The translations under genes were made by a program, and so were the position numbers. A stretch of 64,000 nt of DNA. Source: an uncultured Alphaproteobacteria bacterium. Lineage in GTDB: Bacteria > Pseudomonadota > Alphaproteobacteria > CBDUZE01. The stretch lies in the NCBI GenBank assembly GCA_965371625.1, contig CBDUZE010000013.1, forward strand, positions 34,107 to 98,106, read 5' to 3'. The notes under the pieces were generated by a model. The model had not been told where the DNA came from and made no database searches. It was given only the letters and a program-made list of their open reading frames with translations. Shown piece by piece: positions 8,263 to 18,640 of the stretch (positions are counted from its first letter, which is position 1; each line of letters begins with the position of its first letter).

Positions 8263-11200
8263 GTGATCCGGCCGGCCGGGCGGTTGTTTCTGGGTGCTCT
8301 CGGCGCCGCCGCCGCCGGTCTCCTGGTGTTCTTCGCGGTGTTCGCCTGGCTGCTCTTCTCGGGCCCGATCTCACTGAGTTTTCTGTCGCGCTACGTCGAG
8401 GACGTGCTGACCAAGGCGGAACTGGAGTTTCGCATCGAGTTCGACGACGTGGTGCTGGCCTGGGCCGGCTGGGAGCGAACGCTGGACGTGCGCGCCATCG
8501 GGGTTCGGGTGCTGCGCGACGATGGCTCGCTGCTTGCCTCGCTACCCGCGGTGTCGGTGGCGCTGAGCGGACGGGCGCTGATTCGCGGCGCCGTGGCCCC
8601 CACCAGCCTGGATCTGATCGGCATCGACGCCAGACTGGTCCGCCGCGCCGACGGAAGCATCGACTTCGGCCTCGAGGCGGACGCGGCGGAAGCGGGCGAT
8701 CTGGCGCGGCAGTTGCTCGACGACCTGTTGCGGCCGCCCGACCCGACCCGCATGATGGGCTACTTGCGGCGGGTCAGCGTGCTCGACGCCGACCTCACCG
8801 TGTTCGACCAGATCTCGGGGGTCTCGTGGCGCGCCCCGCGGGCCGACGTGGTGCTGGTGCGCGACCGGGACGGCATCGAGGGCATCGCCCAGGTCGACGT
8901 CGAGTTGGGCGATGAGCTCGTCAAGCTGACCGCCAACGCCGTCTACACCAGCGCCGGGCGCCGCGCCCGCATCACCCTCCGCTTCGCCGACCTTGACCCG
9001 GCTCGCCTTGGCGATGCTGGGGTCCCGTTGCCGCGTCTCGCCTCGTTGCGGATGCCGATGAGCGGCACCCTGGGGCTGACGGTGGATGTAACGGGAACAT
9101 TCTCCGATGTCGCCTTCGATCTCGAGGCCGGACCCGGCCATCTCGATCTGCCCGAGTTCTACGAGGAGCCCCAGCCGGTCACGAGCCTGCGGCTCAGGGG
9201 TCGCCTCGGCGACAGCTTCGACAGTCTCGTCGTCGATTCGTTCGCGGCCGACTTCGGCGGTCCCTCGGCGACCTTGAGCGGCCAGGTCTGGTTTGGCGAC
9301 GGCGGCCGGGGGGCCCGCCTCGAAGGCGTGCTCAACGACCTCACCATCGCCGAGCTGCTGCGGCGTTGGCCCGCGACCGTGGGACGGCGGACCTATGCCT
9401 GGGCCAAGACCCATCTCCACGAGGGCCTGATCACGGACGCCAAATTCCGCGTCGACGTGGCGCCCGGGGCGCTGGATGGCGAGCACTTGCCGGAGGACGC
9501 CTTCGCCCTGGAGTTTGGCTTCGATGGGCTTTCGATCTCGTACTACAGCAAGTTGCCCCCGATCACCGATGGCAAGGGGACGGCGCGCCTGGGCCCCAAG
9601 AGGTTCGACCTCACCCTCACCGAGGGTCGGCTCGCCGAGCTCGTGGTCAGCGACGGCAGCCTCGCCATCACCGGGCTTGACCAGGTCCACAAGCGCGCCC
9701 GCGTCGGCGCCGTGACGCGGGGCTCCATCAAGCAGACCATGACGGTGCTCGACTACGAGCCCTTGGGGTATGCCCGCAAGCTCAACCTCGACCCGGCGAC
9801 CCTCGGCGGCCTGGCGGGGACGCGGCTCCAGTTCAGCTTTCCGGTCAGGATGGACCTTCGCGGCTCGGAGATTCGCTACTCCGCCGCCGCCAACTTGAGC
9901 GACGCCGAGATTCCCGGCCTTTACGGCAGCTACACCCTGAGCCGGGGAACCCTCAGCCTGCAGGTCGACGGCAACGGCGCCGGGCTCAGCGGCCTGGCGG
10001 AGCTCAACGGGGTCCCGGTCAAGGTCGCCTGGCAGCGGCGATTCAGGACCGATGGGGACTTCCGCAGCCGTTTCACGATCTCAGGCTTGGCCGACGACGC
10101 GGAGCGGGCGGCGCTTTTCGTGCCGGCCGGCGATTTCCTCGACGGCCCCGTCGCCATCGACCTCGAGATCGTCACCGGCGACGACAAGGGCTTCCGCGCC
10201 AGCGCCGTCGTCGATCTGGCGCGGGCGCGGCTCAGCCTGCCCATGTTGCATTGGCAAAAGCCGCCCCAGGCGCCGGGCTCGCTTCGGGTGTCGTTGCGCG
10301 GCGCGCCCGGCGGCGCGACCCGCGTCGACTCGTTTTCGCTCGCCGCCGCCGATCTCGAGGCCTCGGGCGCGGCGCAATTCGCCGCCGGTTGGAGCTTGAG
10401 CGACCTCGAGATCAGTCGTCTTGTCTTTGGCGGCCCCGAGGGTACCGACATGAGCGCCTCGTTTCATGTCCGCGACGACGGGCTCTCGCTCGCGCTCCAG
10501 GGCCATCGTTTCGATCTCCGTCCCTTTCTCGATGACTTTAGCGGCGACGGGGAAGCCGCGATGGCGTCCTCGGTGGCGCCCCCGCTGGCGCTTACGGCGC
10601 GTCTCGAACGCGTCATCGTCGGCGACGACCGAGAGCTGCGCGAGGTTCGGGCCTGGGCGCGCCGTGCCGGCGGGCGCTGGAACAGGCTCGACATGACGGC
10701 GAGCCTGAATGGCCGCGCACCGTTCGAGGTCACGATCGCGCCGCGCCAAGGCGGGCGGGAGATCCGGGTGACCTCGGCGGACGCCGCCGCGGTCGCCCGG
10801 GCCCTGGATATCTTCCTCAACGGCGAGGGCGGCACCCTCGAGATGCGGGCGATGATCCGCGACGATCTGCCCGGCCGGCCGATCGAGGGCCAGGTGGTGG
10901 TCGACCAGTTCCGCATCGTCCGGGCGCCGGTGCTGACGCGCATCCTCACCGTGGGCTCGCTCACCGGGGTGGTCGATCTCTTGAACGGCGAGGGCATCAG
11001 CTTCGCCCGCTTCGTGGCCCCGTTCCGGATGGCGGAGAAGAAGGTGACGCTCGAGAAGGCGCGCGCCTACGGCCCGGCCCTCGGCATCACCCTCGAGGGC
11101 GTCGTCGACCGCGCCGCCGAGAGCGCCGACCTCAAGGGCACCATCGTGCCGGCCTACACCATCAACAGCATGCTGGGAAAGATCCCGCTGCTCGGCGAAA

Positions 11201-11388
11201 TCCTGGTGGGCCGCGAGGGCGAGGGCGTCTTCGCCTTCACCTATTCGGTCAAGGGGCCGATCCGGAACCCCCGCGTGATCGTCAACCCGCTTTCGGCACT
11301 CGCCCCCGGCATCCTGAGGCGAATGCTGTTCCTCGGCGCCAGCGGCGAGGCTCAGCCGGAACCCGGGGAGCGCGAGATGTCAAAGTAG
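8263..11388 (+). CDS. AsmA-like/YhdP (DUF3971) envelope-spanning lipid-transfer-type protein
   Basis: N-terminal TM anchor followed by GPISL, ~1000 aa beta-rich body, C-terminal GTIVPAYTINSMLGKIPLLG...VIVNPLSALAPGILR; sits between glnE and tyrS. Confidence 0.85.
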   Translation: MIRPAGRLFLGALGAAAAGLLVFFAVFAWLLFSGPISLSFLSRYVEDVLTKAELEFRIEFDDVVLAWAGWERTLDVRAIGVRVLRDDGSLLASLPAVSVALSGRALIRGAVAPTSLDLIGIDARLVRRADGSIDFGLEADAAEAGDLARQLLDDLLRPPDPTRMMGYLRRVSVLDADLTVFDQISGVSWRAPRADVVLVRDRDGIEGIAQVDVELGDELVKLTANAVYTSAGRRARITLRFADLDPARLGDAGVPLPRLASLRMPMSGTLGLTVDVTGTFSDVAFDLEAGPGHLDLPEFYEEPQPVTSLRLRGRLGDSFDSLVVDSFAADFGGPSATLSGQVWFGDGGRGARLEGVLNDLTIAELLRRWPATVGRRTYAWAKTHLHEGLITDAKFRVDVAPGALDGEHLPEDAFALEFGFDGLSISYYSKLPPITDGKGTARLGPKRFDLTLTEGRLAELVVSDGSLAITGLDQVHKRARVGAVTRGSIKQTMTVLDYEPLGYARKLNLDPATLGGLAGTRLQFSFPVRMDLRGSEIRYSAAANLSDAEIPGLYGSYTLSRGTLSLQVDGNGAGLSGLAELNGVPVKVAWQRRFRTDGDFRSRFTISGLADDAERAALFVPAGDFLDGPVAIDLEIVTGDDKGFRASAVVDLARARLSLPMLHWQKPPQAPGSLRVSLRGAPGGATRVDSFSLAAADLEASGAAQFAAGWSLSDLEISRLVFGGPEGTDMSASFHVRDDGLSLALQGHRFDLRPFLDDFSGDGEAAMASSVAPPLALTARLERVIVGDDRELREVRAWARRAGGRWNRLDMTASLNGRAPFEVTIAPRQGGREIRVTSADAAAVARALDIFLNGEGGTLEMRAMIRDDLPGRPIEGQVVVDQFRIVRAPVLTRILTVGSLTGVVDLLNGEGISFARFVAPFRMAEKKVTLEKARAYGPALGITLEGVVDRAAESADLKGTIVPAYTINSMLGKIPLLGEILVGREGEGVFAFTYSVKGPIRNPRVIVNPLSALAPGILRRMLFLGASGEAQPEPGEREMSK

Positions 11389-11392
11389 GGAA

Positions 11393-11519
11393 AATTAATT
11401 GGGGTCAGACTCCATTTAATTGGCACCGCCCCGAGGCGGCGATGACGATTAATTGGCGCCGCCCCGAGGCGGCGGTGACGGTGGGCTGAGAAAATTAAAT
11501 GGAGTCTGACCCCAATTAA
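11393..11519. repeat. REPIN/MITE-like element: 27-bp perfect inverted repeats enclosing a 33-bp-period direct duplication
   Basis: ttaattggggtcagactccatttaatt (11395-11421) is the exact reverse complement of 11493-11519; internal 32-nt copies at 11416 and 11449 match 30/32. Confidence 0.85.
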
Positions 11520-11531
11520 ATCCAATTAGAT

Positions 11532-12785
11532 TTAGACCGGCCGCACCAGGGCGTGGCGCTTCCTTCCGGCGGAGAGCCGGATCACGCCCTCGGGCGTGAG
11601 GTCGGCGAGCGAGATGGGGCGCAGTTCGTTGTCGATCACCACCCCGTTGAGGCGTCCGCCGCCACCCTTGATGAGCCGCCGCGCCTCCCCGCCCGAGGCC
11701 GCGAGGCCGGCGCGGTGCAACAGCTCGAACGCGCTGACCCCGGCCTCGAGCTCGGCCCGCGGCACCTCGACGGTGGGCAGCGCCGCCCCGGCGCCGCCGT
11801 CCTCGAAGGTGCGCCGCGCGGTTTCGGCCGCGCTTGCCGCCGCCGCGGCGCCGTGGCAGAGCTCGGTCGCCTGGTCGGCCAGGACCTTCTTGGCCTCGTT
11901 GATCTCCTCGCCCTCGAGGCCCTCCAGCCGCGCGATCTCATCGAGCGGCAGCTCGCTGAAGAGGCGCAGGAAGCGGCCCACGTCGCGGTCCTCGGTGTTG
12001 CGCCAGAACTGCCAGTATTCGTAAGGCGAAAGCATGTCCTCGTTGAGCCACACCGCGCCCCGCGCGGTCTTGCCCATCTTCTCGCCCGAGGCGCTGGCGA
12101 TGAGCGGCGTGGTGAGGCCGTAGAACGATTTTTGCAGGACCCGGCGGCCGAGCTCGACGCCGTTGACGATGTTGCCCCATTGGTCGGAGCCGCCCATCTG
12201 CAACACGCAATCGTGGCGCCGGCCCAGCTCGAGAAAGTCGTAGGCCTGCAGCACCATGTAGTTGAACTCGAGGAAGGTCAGCGGTTGCTCGCGCTCGAGG
12301 CGCAGCTTGACGCTGTCGAACGAGAGCATCCGGTTGACCGAGAAGTGGCGGCCGTAGTCGCGCAGGAAGGGGATGTAGGCGAGCTCGTCGAGCCACTCCG
12401 CGTTGTCGACCATGAGGGCGTCGGTGGCTCCGTCGCCGAAGCTGATGAAGCGGGCGAAGACCTCCTTGATGCCGGCCATGTTGGCGGCGATCTCGGCCTC
12501 GCTCAAGAACTGGCGCGAGCTGTCCTTGCCCGAGGGGTCCCCGACCTTGGTGGTGCCGCCGCCCATCAGGACGATGGGGCGGTGACCGCTGCGCTGGAGC
12601 CAGCGCAAGAGCATGATCGAGACCAGGCTGCCGACATGGAGGCTGGGCGCGGTACAATCGAAGCCGATATAGGCGGCGACGACCTCGCGGGACATGACCT
12701 CGTCCAGCCCTTCGAGATCGGTGCATTGGTGCAGATAATCGCGCTCGGTGACGGCGCGCAGGAACTGGGAGCGGAGATCGGTCAT
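11532..12785 (-). CDS. tyrS: Tyrosine--tRNA ligase
   Basis: [31 protein letters not shown]-terminal S4 domain. Confidence 0.98.
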   Translation of the reverse strand: MTDLRSQFLRAVTERDYLHQCTDLEGLDEVMSREVVAAYIGFDCTAPSLHVGSLVSIMLLRWLQRSGHRPIVLMGGGTTKVGDPSGKDSSRQFLSEAEIAANMAGIKEVFARFISFGDGATDALMVDNAEWLDELAYIPFLRDYGRHFSVNRMLSFDSVKLRLEREQPLTFLEFNYMVLQAYDFLELGRRHDCVLQMGGSDQWGNIVNGVELGRRVLQKSFYGLTTPLIASASGEKMGKTARGAVWLNEDMLSPYEYWQFWRNTEDRDVGRFLRLFSELPLDEIARLEGLEGEEINEAKKVLADQATELCHGAAAAASAAETARRTFEDGGAGAALPTVEVPRAELEAGVSAFELLHRAGLAASGGEARRLIKGGGGRLNGVVIDNELRPISLADLTPEGVIRLSAGRKRHALVRPV

Positions 12786-12959
12786 TGCGTGAGCGCCGTG
12801 AGCGGTGCCATGGACGCCGCGACGAGGGCCGCCGGCCGCGCCACCGGCGGCGGTCGTTTAGCACAATAGCCCTGGGGCGACAACGGGGGCGACTACAGGG
12901 GCGAAAATGGGGGCGGCCCGGCGCCGGCCGGCGCCCGGAGGCGGCCCGGGGGGAGGGAG

Positions 12960-14072
12960 ATGGCTGAAACGATGTACGCCCTAGGCCTCATGAGCGGCAC
13001 CTCGATGGACGGCGTCGACGCCGCCCTGCTGCGCACCGATGGCGAGGCGATCGAGGCGCTCGGCCCGTCGCTTACGGTGCCCTACGACGAGGGCTTGCGC
13101 GACCGCCTGCGGCGACTTCTTGTCGGCGTCGGCGAGGTCGGGCCGGTCGAACGGCTGATCACCGAGGCCCACGCCGAGGTAGTTACAATTTTACTCGAAA
13201 AAAACTCTCTAATCTCCTCTAATATAGATGTTATCGGCTTTCACGGCCATACCATTCTTCACCGCCCGCGGGAGGGCAGGACGAGACAGATCGGCGACGG
13301 CGAGCTGCTCGCGCGGCGCACCCAAATCGATGTCGTCGACGACTTCCGCAGCGCCGACGTCGCCGCCGGCGGCGAGGGCGCGCCCCTGGCGCCGCTCTAT
13401 CACGCCGCCCTCGCCGGAGCGCTCGAGCGGCCGCTGGCGGTGCTCAATCTCGGCGGCGTCGCCAACCTGACCTGGATCGGGGCGGATGACGCGCTGCTGG
13501 CCTTTGATATCGGTCCCGGAAACGCGCTCATCGACGACTGGATGCGGGACAAGGTGGGCCGCGCCATGGACTCGGACGGCGCGCTGGCCAGCACCGGACA
13601 GGTCGATGAGACGGTGCTCCGGGTGCTGCTCGATCACCCCTACTTCGAGCGCAGGCCGCCCAAATCGCTGGACCGGGCCGACTTTTCGGCGCGCCCCGCG
13701 GCCGCGCTCGGGGCGGCCGACGGCGCGGCCACGCTCACCGCCTTCAGCGCCCGGGCGGTGGCGGCGGCGCGCGAGCACTTGCCGGCGGCGCCCGGACGTT
13801 GGCTGGTGTGCGGCGGAGGGCGCCACAATCGGACCCTGATGAAGGCGCTCGAGGCGGCGCTCGAGGTCCCGGTGGCGGCGGTGGAAACGGTCGGCTGGCG
13901 CGGTGACGCGCTCGAGGCCCAGGCCTTTGCCTTTCTCGCTGCGCGCAGCCTGCGGGGCCTGCCGCTCAGCCTTCCCTCGACCACCGGCGTGCGCGAGCCG
14001 CTCAGCGGCGGCGTCCTGCACCGGGCTCAGCCTGCGGCGGCGGCGGGCGGCGAGAGCACCGAATCGAGATAG
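12960..14072 (+). CDS. anmK: Anhydro-N-acetylmuramic acid kinase
   Basis: GLMSGTSMDGVD, IGFHGHT, DFRSADVAAGGEGAPLAP, CGGGRHN, EAQAFAFLA. Confidence 0.96.
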   Translation: MAETMYALGLMSGTSMDGVDAALLRTDGEAIEALGPSLTVPYDEGLRDRLRRLLVGVGEVGPVERLITEAHAEVVTILLEKNSLISSNIDVIGFHGHTILHRPREGRTRQIGDGELLARRTQIDVVDDFRSADVAAGGEGAPLAPLYHAALAGALERPLAVLNLGGVANLTWIGADDALLAFDIGPGNALIDDWMRDKVGRAMDSDGALASTGQVDETVLRVLLDHPYFERRPPKSLDRADFSARPAAALGAADGAATLTAFSARAVAAAREHLPAAPGRWLVCGGGRHNRTLMKALEAALEVPVAAVETVGWRGDALEAQAFAFLAARSLRGLPLSLPSTTGVREPLSGGVLHRAQPAAAAGGESTESR

Positions 14073-14686
14073 CCGTTGATCATCTCGGCGAGCTCGTCGA
14101 GGTGGTCCTCGAAGAGATGGTTGGCGCCGTCGACGAGGCCGTACTCGACGGTGATCGCGCGCTGGGCGGAGAGCCGGTTGGCCAGCTCGGCGACGTCGGA
14201 TTCCGGAACGTGGGCGTCGTCAGAGCCATGGACGATGAGGCCCGACGTCGGGCACGGCGCCAGGAACGTGAAGTCATAGGCGTTGGCGGGCGGAGCCACC
14301 GAGACGAAGCCGGAAATCTCCGGCCGCCGCATCAGGAGCTGCAACGAGATCCAGGCGCCGAAGGAAAAGCCGGCAATCCAACAGGCGCTGGCGTCGGCGT
14401 TGTGGGTCTGAAGCCAGTCCAGCGCCGAGGCCGCGTCGGAGAGCTCGCCCTGGCCGTTGTCGTAGCTCCCTTCACTGCGTCCGACGCCGCGGAAATTGAA
14501 TCTTAGGACCGAGAACCCGCGTCGCGCGAAAATATGATAGAGGTTGTAGACGACCTTGCTGTGCATGGTGCCGCCATGCTGGGGATGGGGATGCAATATC
14601 AGCGCGATTGGCCCGCCGGGCGGGCCGCTATGCTGGTAGCGGCCTTCCAAGCGACCTTCGGGACCGTTGAAGTTGACGTCCGGCAT
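14027..14686 (-). CDS. Alpha/beta hydrolase (type found divergent from cysE/isc genes)
   Basis: HPHPQHGGTM, RFNFRGVGRSEG, nucleophile elbow GFSFG, GANHLF. Confidence 0.9.
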   Translation of the reverse strand: MPDVNFNGPEGRLEGRYQHSGPPGGPIALILHPHPQHGGTMHSKVVYNLYHIFARRGFSVLRFNFRGVGRSEGSYDNGQGELSDAASALDWLQTHNADASACWIAGFSFGAWISLQLLMRRPEISGFVSVAPPANAYDFTFLAPCPTSGLIVHGSDDAHVPESDVAELANRLSAQRAITVEYGLVDGANHLFEDHLDELAEMINGYLDSVLSPPAAAAG

Positions 14687-14786
14687 ATCCGTCCTGGCGC
14701 TAGGCCTCTAGTTGGTGGGCGGTGGGGCGCAAAACCGAGTCATGGCCTCAGGTAAGTGGCTTATGTTTTTCTGGCGCAAGCGAGAT

Positions 14787-14820
14787 TTGCTTGATAACCT
14801 GACTCAAGCAATCTACATAT
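14787..14820 (+). promoter_or_regulatory. Putative cysE-iscR promoter with IscR type-1-like operator
   Basis: TTGATA -35-like hexamer at 14791; ACCTGACTcaagcAATC resembles the E. coli type-1 IscR motif (about 16/25 positions by eye); 8-bp inverted repeat ttgcttga/tcaagcaa. Confidence 0.45.
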
Positions 14821-14901
14821 TAACCGTGACACGACCTCATCGCACCCGGCGAACCCAGCATGGCGCGGACGGGCGGACGATAATATCGGACTGACGAGCG
14901 A

Positions 14902-15648
14902 ATGTTCAAGAAGCTTCGCGAAGACATCGACGCAGTGTTCGAACGCGACCCGGCGGTACGCTCGCGGCTCGAGGTGGTGCTCTGCTATCCGGGCTTCCAC
15001 GCGCTCGTTTTCTACCGTGTGGCGCGCGCCTGCTGGGTGCGGAAGTTGTATTTGCTTGGACGTTTGCTCTCCAATCTGGCGCGGTTCTTCACCGGCATCG
15101 AGATCCATCCCGGCGCCGTGATCGGACAACGCTTCTTCATCGATCACGGTTCCGGCGTTGTGATCGGCGAAACCTCGATGATCGGGGACGACGTCACCAT
15201 CTACCACGACGTGACGCTGGGCGGCATCGCCCCGGCCGTGGATTCCGACGCGCAGGTCAATCGGAAGCGGCATCCGACTCTGGGCGACGACGTCATCGTG
15301 GGCTCGGGCGCCCAGGTGCTGGGCCCGATCACGGTCGGCAAGGGCGCGCGTGTCGGCGCCAACTCAGTGGTGTTGAAGGACGTCGCGCCGGGCGTCACGG
15401 TAGTCGGCATCCCGGCCAAGGCGGTGGTGCCGAACACCAGGCTGCGGCCCGCGAGGTTCGATGCCTACGGCACTCCGACCGGCGAGCGCTCGGATCCCAT
15501 GGCCCAGGTCATCGACGGGCTCAGCAAGCAGATCGAGAGGCTCGATGCTCGGTTGGAGGAGATCGAGAGCCGCTCGGCCGGGACGGAGGCACGCGATCTC
15601 ATCGAGGAGGAGGCGCCGTCGGAGCGCGCCTCGTGCAACGAGAACTGA
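14902..15648 (+). CDS. cysE: Serine O-acetyltransferase
   Basis: [32 protein letters not shown], hexapeptide repeats. Confidence 0.96.
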   Translation: MFKKLREDIDAVFERDPAVRSRLEVVLCYPGFHALVFYRVARACWVRKLYLLGRLLSNLARFFTGIEIHPGAVIGQRFFIDHGSGVVIGETSMIGDDVTIYHDVTLGGIAPAVDSDAQVNRKRHPTLGDDVIVGSGAQVLGPITVGKGARVGANSVVLKDVAPGVTVVGIPAKAVVPNTRLRPARFDAYGTPTGERSDPMAQVIDGLSKQIERLDARLEEIESRSAGTEARDLIEEEAPSERASCNEN

Positions 15649-15696
15649 GGACGGGGACGGAAATCGTTTGATGGCGATTGGACGAGGAGAAGGCTC

Positions 15697-16167
15697 TTGA
15701 AGTTGAGCACCAAGGGACGCTACGCGGTCATGGCCATGGCCGACTTGGCGATACGGAGCACGGGCAAGCCGGTGTCGCTGGCGGACATCGCCACCCGGCA
15801 GGAAATATCGTTGTCCTATCTCGAGCAGCTTTTCGGCAAGCTGCGCCGGGGCGGGCTGGTGAAAAGCGTGCGCGGCCCGGGGGGCGGCTACCTCCTGAGC
15901 CGCCAGGCCTCGGAGACGCGAATCTCGGACATCGTCCTCGCGGTCGATGAGCCGATCAAGGCCATCCGTTGCAACCCGGGGTCGCCCAAGGGTTGTCACA
16001 GCGACGAGCGCCGCTGCATCACCCACGACCTGTGGGAGGAACTGGGCAACCAGATCTACCTGTTTCTGAGCTCGCTCTCGCTCGAGGACGTGATGCTGCG
16101 GCGGGTGCTGGGCAGCAGCGGCTTGTTTCATGCCCGCGAAGGCGAGGAGCGACGCGCCGCGGACTAG
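15697..16167 (+). CDS. iscR: Rrf2-family Fe-S cluster regulator IscR
   Basis: KLSTKGRYAV, SLSYLEQLF, SVRGPGGGY; ligands C..C..C..H retained (IRC..KGC..RRCITH). Confidence 0.92.
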   Translation: MKLSTKGRYAVMAMADLAIRSTGKPVSLADIATRQEISLSYLEQLFGKLRRGGLVKSVRGPGGGYLLSRQASETRISDIVLAVDEPIKAIRCNPGSPKGCHSDERRCITHDLWEELGNQIYLFLSSLSLEDVMLRRVLGSSGLFHAREGEERRAAD

Positions 16168-16168
16168 C

Positions 16169-16211
16169 CTCCGCGTTCCACGAGCTCCGCGTTCCGCCAG
16201 CTCCGCGTTCC
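16169..16211. repeat. Three direct repeats ctccgcgttcc with exact 16-bp period
   Basis: Copies at 16169, 16185 and 16201, between iscR and the first desulfurase. Confidence 0.9.
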
Positions 16212-16230
16212 GCTCCTAAGGTAGGGTCTC

Positions 16231-17358
16231 GTGACCGGGGCCGCGGTATACCTCGACTACAACGCCACGACGCCCGTGAAGCCGGCGGTGGCTGAGGCCG
16301 TGGCGCGCGCCTTCGCACTTGGCGGCAATCCCTCCTCGGTGCATCGCGCCGGACGCCTCGCGCGCCGCGCCGTCGAGGAGGCGCGGCTCCGCGTGGCGGA
16401 GCTTGCCGGTGCCGAGGCCGGCGCAGTGATCTTCACCTCGGGCGGCACCGAGGCCAACAACCTGGCGCTCATGGGCGCCGCGCCGCGGCGCCTCTTGATC
16501 TCGGCGATCGAGCACGACTCCGTGCTCGCCGTGGCCGCCGCGTCGGGCGCCGCGGTGACCCTGGTGCCGGTCGACGAGGACGGCATCGTCGACCTCGCGG
16601 CCCTCGAACGGGCGTTGGCGGCGGACGCCGGGCCGGCGCTGGTCTCGGTGATGCTGGCGAACAACGAGAGCGGCGTGGTTCAGCCCGTGGCCGAGGTCGC
16701 CCGGCGGGCCCACGACGCCGGCGCCATCGCCCATTGTGACGCGGTGCAAGCGCCGGGCCGGCTGGCGCTCGACATGGCGGCGTTGGGGGTCGACCTGCTC
16801 ACGCTCTCCGCCCACAAGCTCGGCGGCCCCCAAGGGGTGGGGGCGCTGGTCGCGGCCGGCGGGACGGCGCCGTCGAAGCTCTTGCATGGCGGCGGTCAGG
16901 AGCTGGGGCGCCGCGCCGGCACCGAGAACGTCCCCGGCATCGTCGGCTTCGGCGTCGCCGCGGAGCTCGCCGCGGACGACCTCGGCGTCAGCGCTCGGAT
17001 CGCGAGCCTGCGCGACGATCTCGAGGCGCGCCTGGCGGCGACGGCGCCCGAGCTCAAGGTCTTCGGCCGGGGCGCCGAGCGGCTTGTCAATACCAGCTGT
17101 TTCGCGCTGCCCGGCTTGGCCAGCGAGACCCAGGTGATGGCGCTCGACCTCGCCGGCGTCGCGGTCAGCGCCGGCGCCGCCTGTTCCTCGGGCAAGGTTC
17201 AGCCTTCTCACGTGCTGCGCGCCATGGCGGCGAGCGAGGACGAGGCGGGCTCGGCCATCCGCGTCAGCCTGGGCTGGGACAGCAGCGAACGCGACATCGA
17301 TCGTCTGGTCGAGGCCTGGAGTGAGTTATACTGCCGCGTTACCACAGGGGCGCGCTGA
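16231..17358 (+). CDS. Cysteine desulfurase (IscS/NifS-like, copy 1)
   Basis: YLDYNATTP, GNPSS, TSGGTEANN, SAHKLGGPQG, SAGAACSSG. Confidence 0.93.
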   Translation: MTGAAVYLDYNATTPVKPAVAEAVARAFALGGNPSSVHRAGRLARRAVEEARLRVAELAGAEAGAVIFTSGGTEANNLALMGAAPRRLLISAIEHDSVLAVAAASGAAVTLVPVDEDGIVDLAALERALAADAGPALVSVMLANNESGVVQPVAEVARRAHDAGAIAHCDAVQAPGRLALDMAALGVDLLTLSAHKLGGPQGVGALVAAGGTAPSKLLHGGGQELGRRAGTENVPGIVGFGVAAELAADDLGVSARIASLRDDLEARLAATAPELKVFGRGAERLVNTSCFALPGLASETQVMALDLAGVAVSAGAACSSGKVQPSHVLRAMAASEDEAGSAIRVSLGWDSSERDIDRLVEAWSELYCRVTTGAR

Positions 17359-17401
17359 GGGGCGACGCTGAGGGGCGGCGCGAGCGGGAGGACAGAGGCG
17401 C

Positions 17402-18607
17402 ATGACTGAGCAGGCGGCGGCCGCCAACATCCACCTGCCGGTGTATCTCGACTATCAGGCGACCACCCCGGTGGATCCCAGGGTGCTGGAGCTCATGCTG
17501 CCCTACTTCGGCGAGCGCTTCGGCAATCCCCATTCGCGCACCCACGCCTACGGCTGGGACAGCGAGGAGGCCTGCGAGAAGGCCCGCGCCCAGATCGCCG
17601 CCATCATCGGCGCCGCGACCCGGGAGGTGATCTTCACCTCGGGCGCCACCGAGTCCAACAACCTGGCGCTGACCGGCGCGGCCCGCTTCCAGCGCGCCCA
17701 TGGCGGCGGGCGGGATCACATCGTCACCGTGGTGACCGAGCACAAGTGCGTGATCGAGGCCTGTCGGCAGCTCGAGGGCGACGGTTTCAGGGTGACCTAT
17801 CTGGGGGTCGATGGCGGCGGCCTGATCGACCTCGAAGGTCTCGACGCGGTGGTCGACGAAGGCACCCTGCTGGTCTCGGTAATGGGCGCCAACAACGAGA
17901 TCGGCGTGATCCAGCCGCTCGAGGAGATCGGCGCCCTGTGCCGCCGGCGGGGCGTGCTCTTCCACAGCGACTGTGCCCAGGCGGTGGGCAAGATCCCGCT
18001 CGACGTGAACGCGCTCAATATCGACCTGATGAGCATCTCGGGCCACAAGATCTACGGGCCAAAGGGGGTGGGGGCGCTCTACGTCCGGCGCCGCCCGCGC
18101 GCCCGGCTCGAGGCGCTGATCCACGGTGGCGGCCAGGAACGCGGGTTGCGCTCGGGCACCCTGCCAACCCCGCTCTGCGTCGGCATCGGCGCGGCCTGCG
18201 CCATCGCCGGCCAGGAGATGGCGGTCGAGAGCAAGCGCCTCCGCGCGCTTAAGGAGCGGCTCCATCGGGGCCTCGACGGCGCTCTCGCCGAGGTCCACCT
18301 CAACGGCGATGGCGAGCGCCGGCTCGCCGGCAACCTCAACCTGAGCTTCGCGGGCGTCGACGCCGAGGAGCTGATGGCGGCGATGAAGGAGCTCGCGGTG
18401 TCGTCGGGTTCGGCCTGCACCTCGGCCGCGGTCGAGCCGAGCTACGTGTTGCGCGCGCTGGGCACCGGCGACGAGCTGGCCCAGGGTTCGATCCGCTTCG
18501 GCATCGGCCGCTTCACCACCGAGGGCGAGATCGACTACGCCGTCGAGACCGTGGTCCGCGAGGTAACGCGGCTGCGCCGGGGCGGCTCGCGCGAGGCGGT
18601 GGCCTAG
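17402..18607 (+). CDS. iscS: Cysteine desulfurase IscS
   Basis: [42 protein letters not shown]. Confidence 0.94.
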   Translation: MTEQAAAANIHLPVYLDYQATTPVDPRVLELMLPYFGERFGNPHSRTHAYGWDSEEACEKARAQIAAIIGAATREVIFTSGATESNNLALTGAARFQRAHGGGRDHIVTVVTEHKCVIEACRQLEGDGFRVTYLGVDGGGLIDLEGLDAVVDEGTLLVSVMGANNEIGVIQPLEEIGALCRRRGVLFHSDCAQAVGKIPLDVNALNIDLMSISGHKIYGPKGVGALYVRRRPRARLEALIHGGGQERGLRSGTLPTPLCVGIGAACAIAGQEMAVESKRLRALKERLHRGLDGALAEVHLNGDGERRLAGNLNLSFAGVDAEELMAAMKELAVSSGSACTSAAVEPSYVLRALGTGDELAQGSIRFGIGRFTTEGEIDYAVETVVREVTRLRRGGSREAVA

Positions 18608-18640
18608 GCCGGCCAGCGACGTGCCCGAGACGCGGTCGCG

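Noticed and set aside
11416-11480. 32-nt hairpin-containing direct repeats as a mini CRISPR array
   Set aside because: Only two copies, 1 nt apart with no spacer, and no cas genes in the window
11395-11531. CtrA boxes among the many TTAA motifs
   Set aside because: No TTAA-N7-TTAA spacing found
13181-13230. dif site or replication origin
   Set aside because: No XerC/XerD arm match or DnaA boxes recognised
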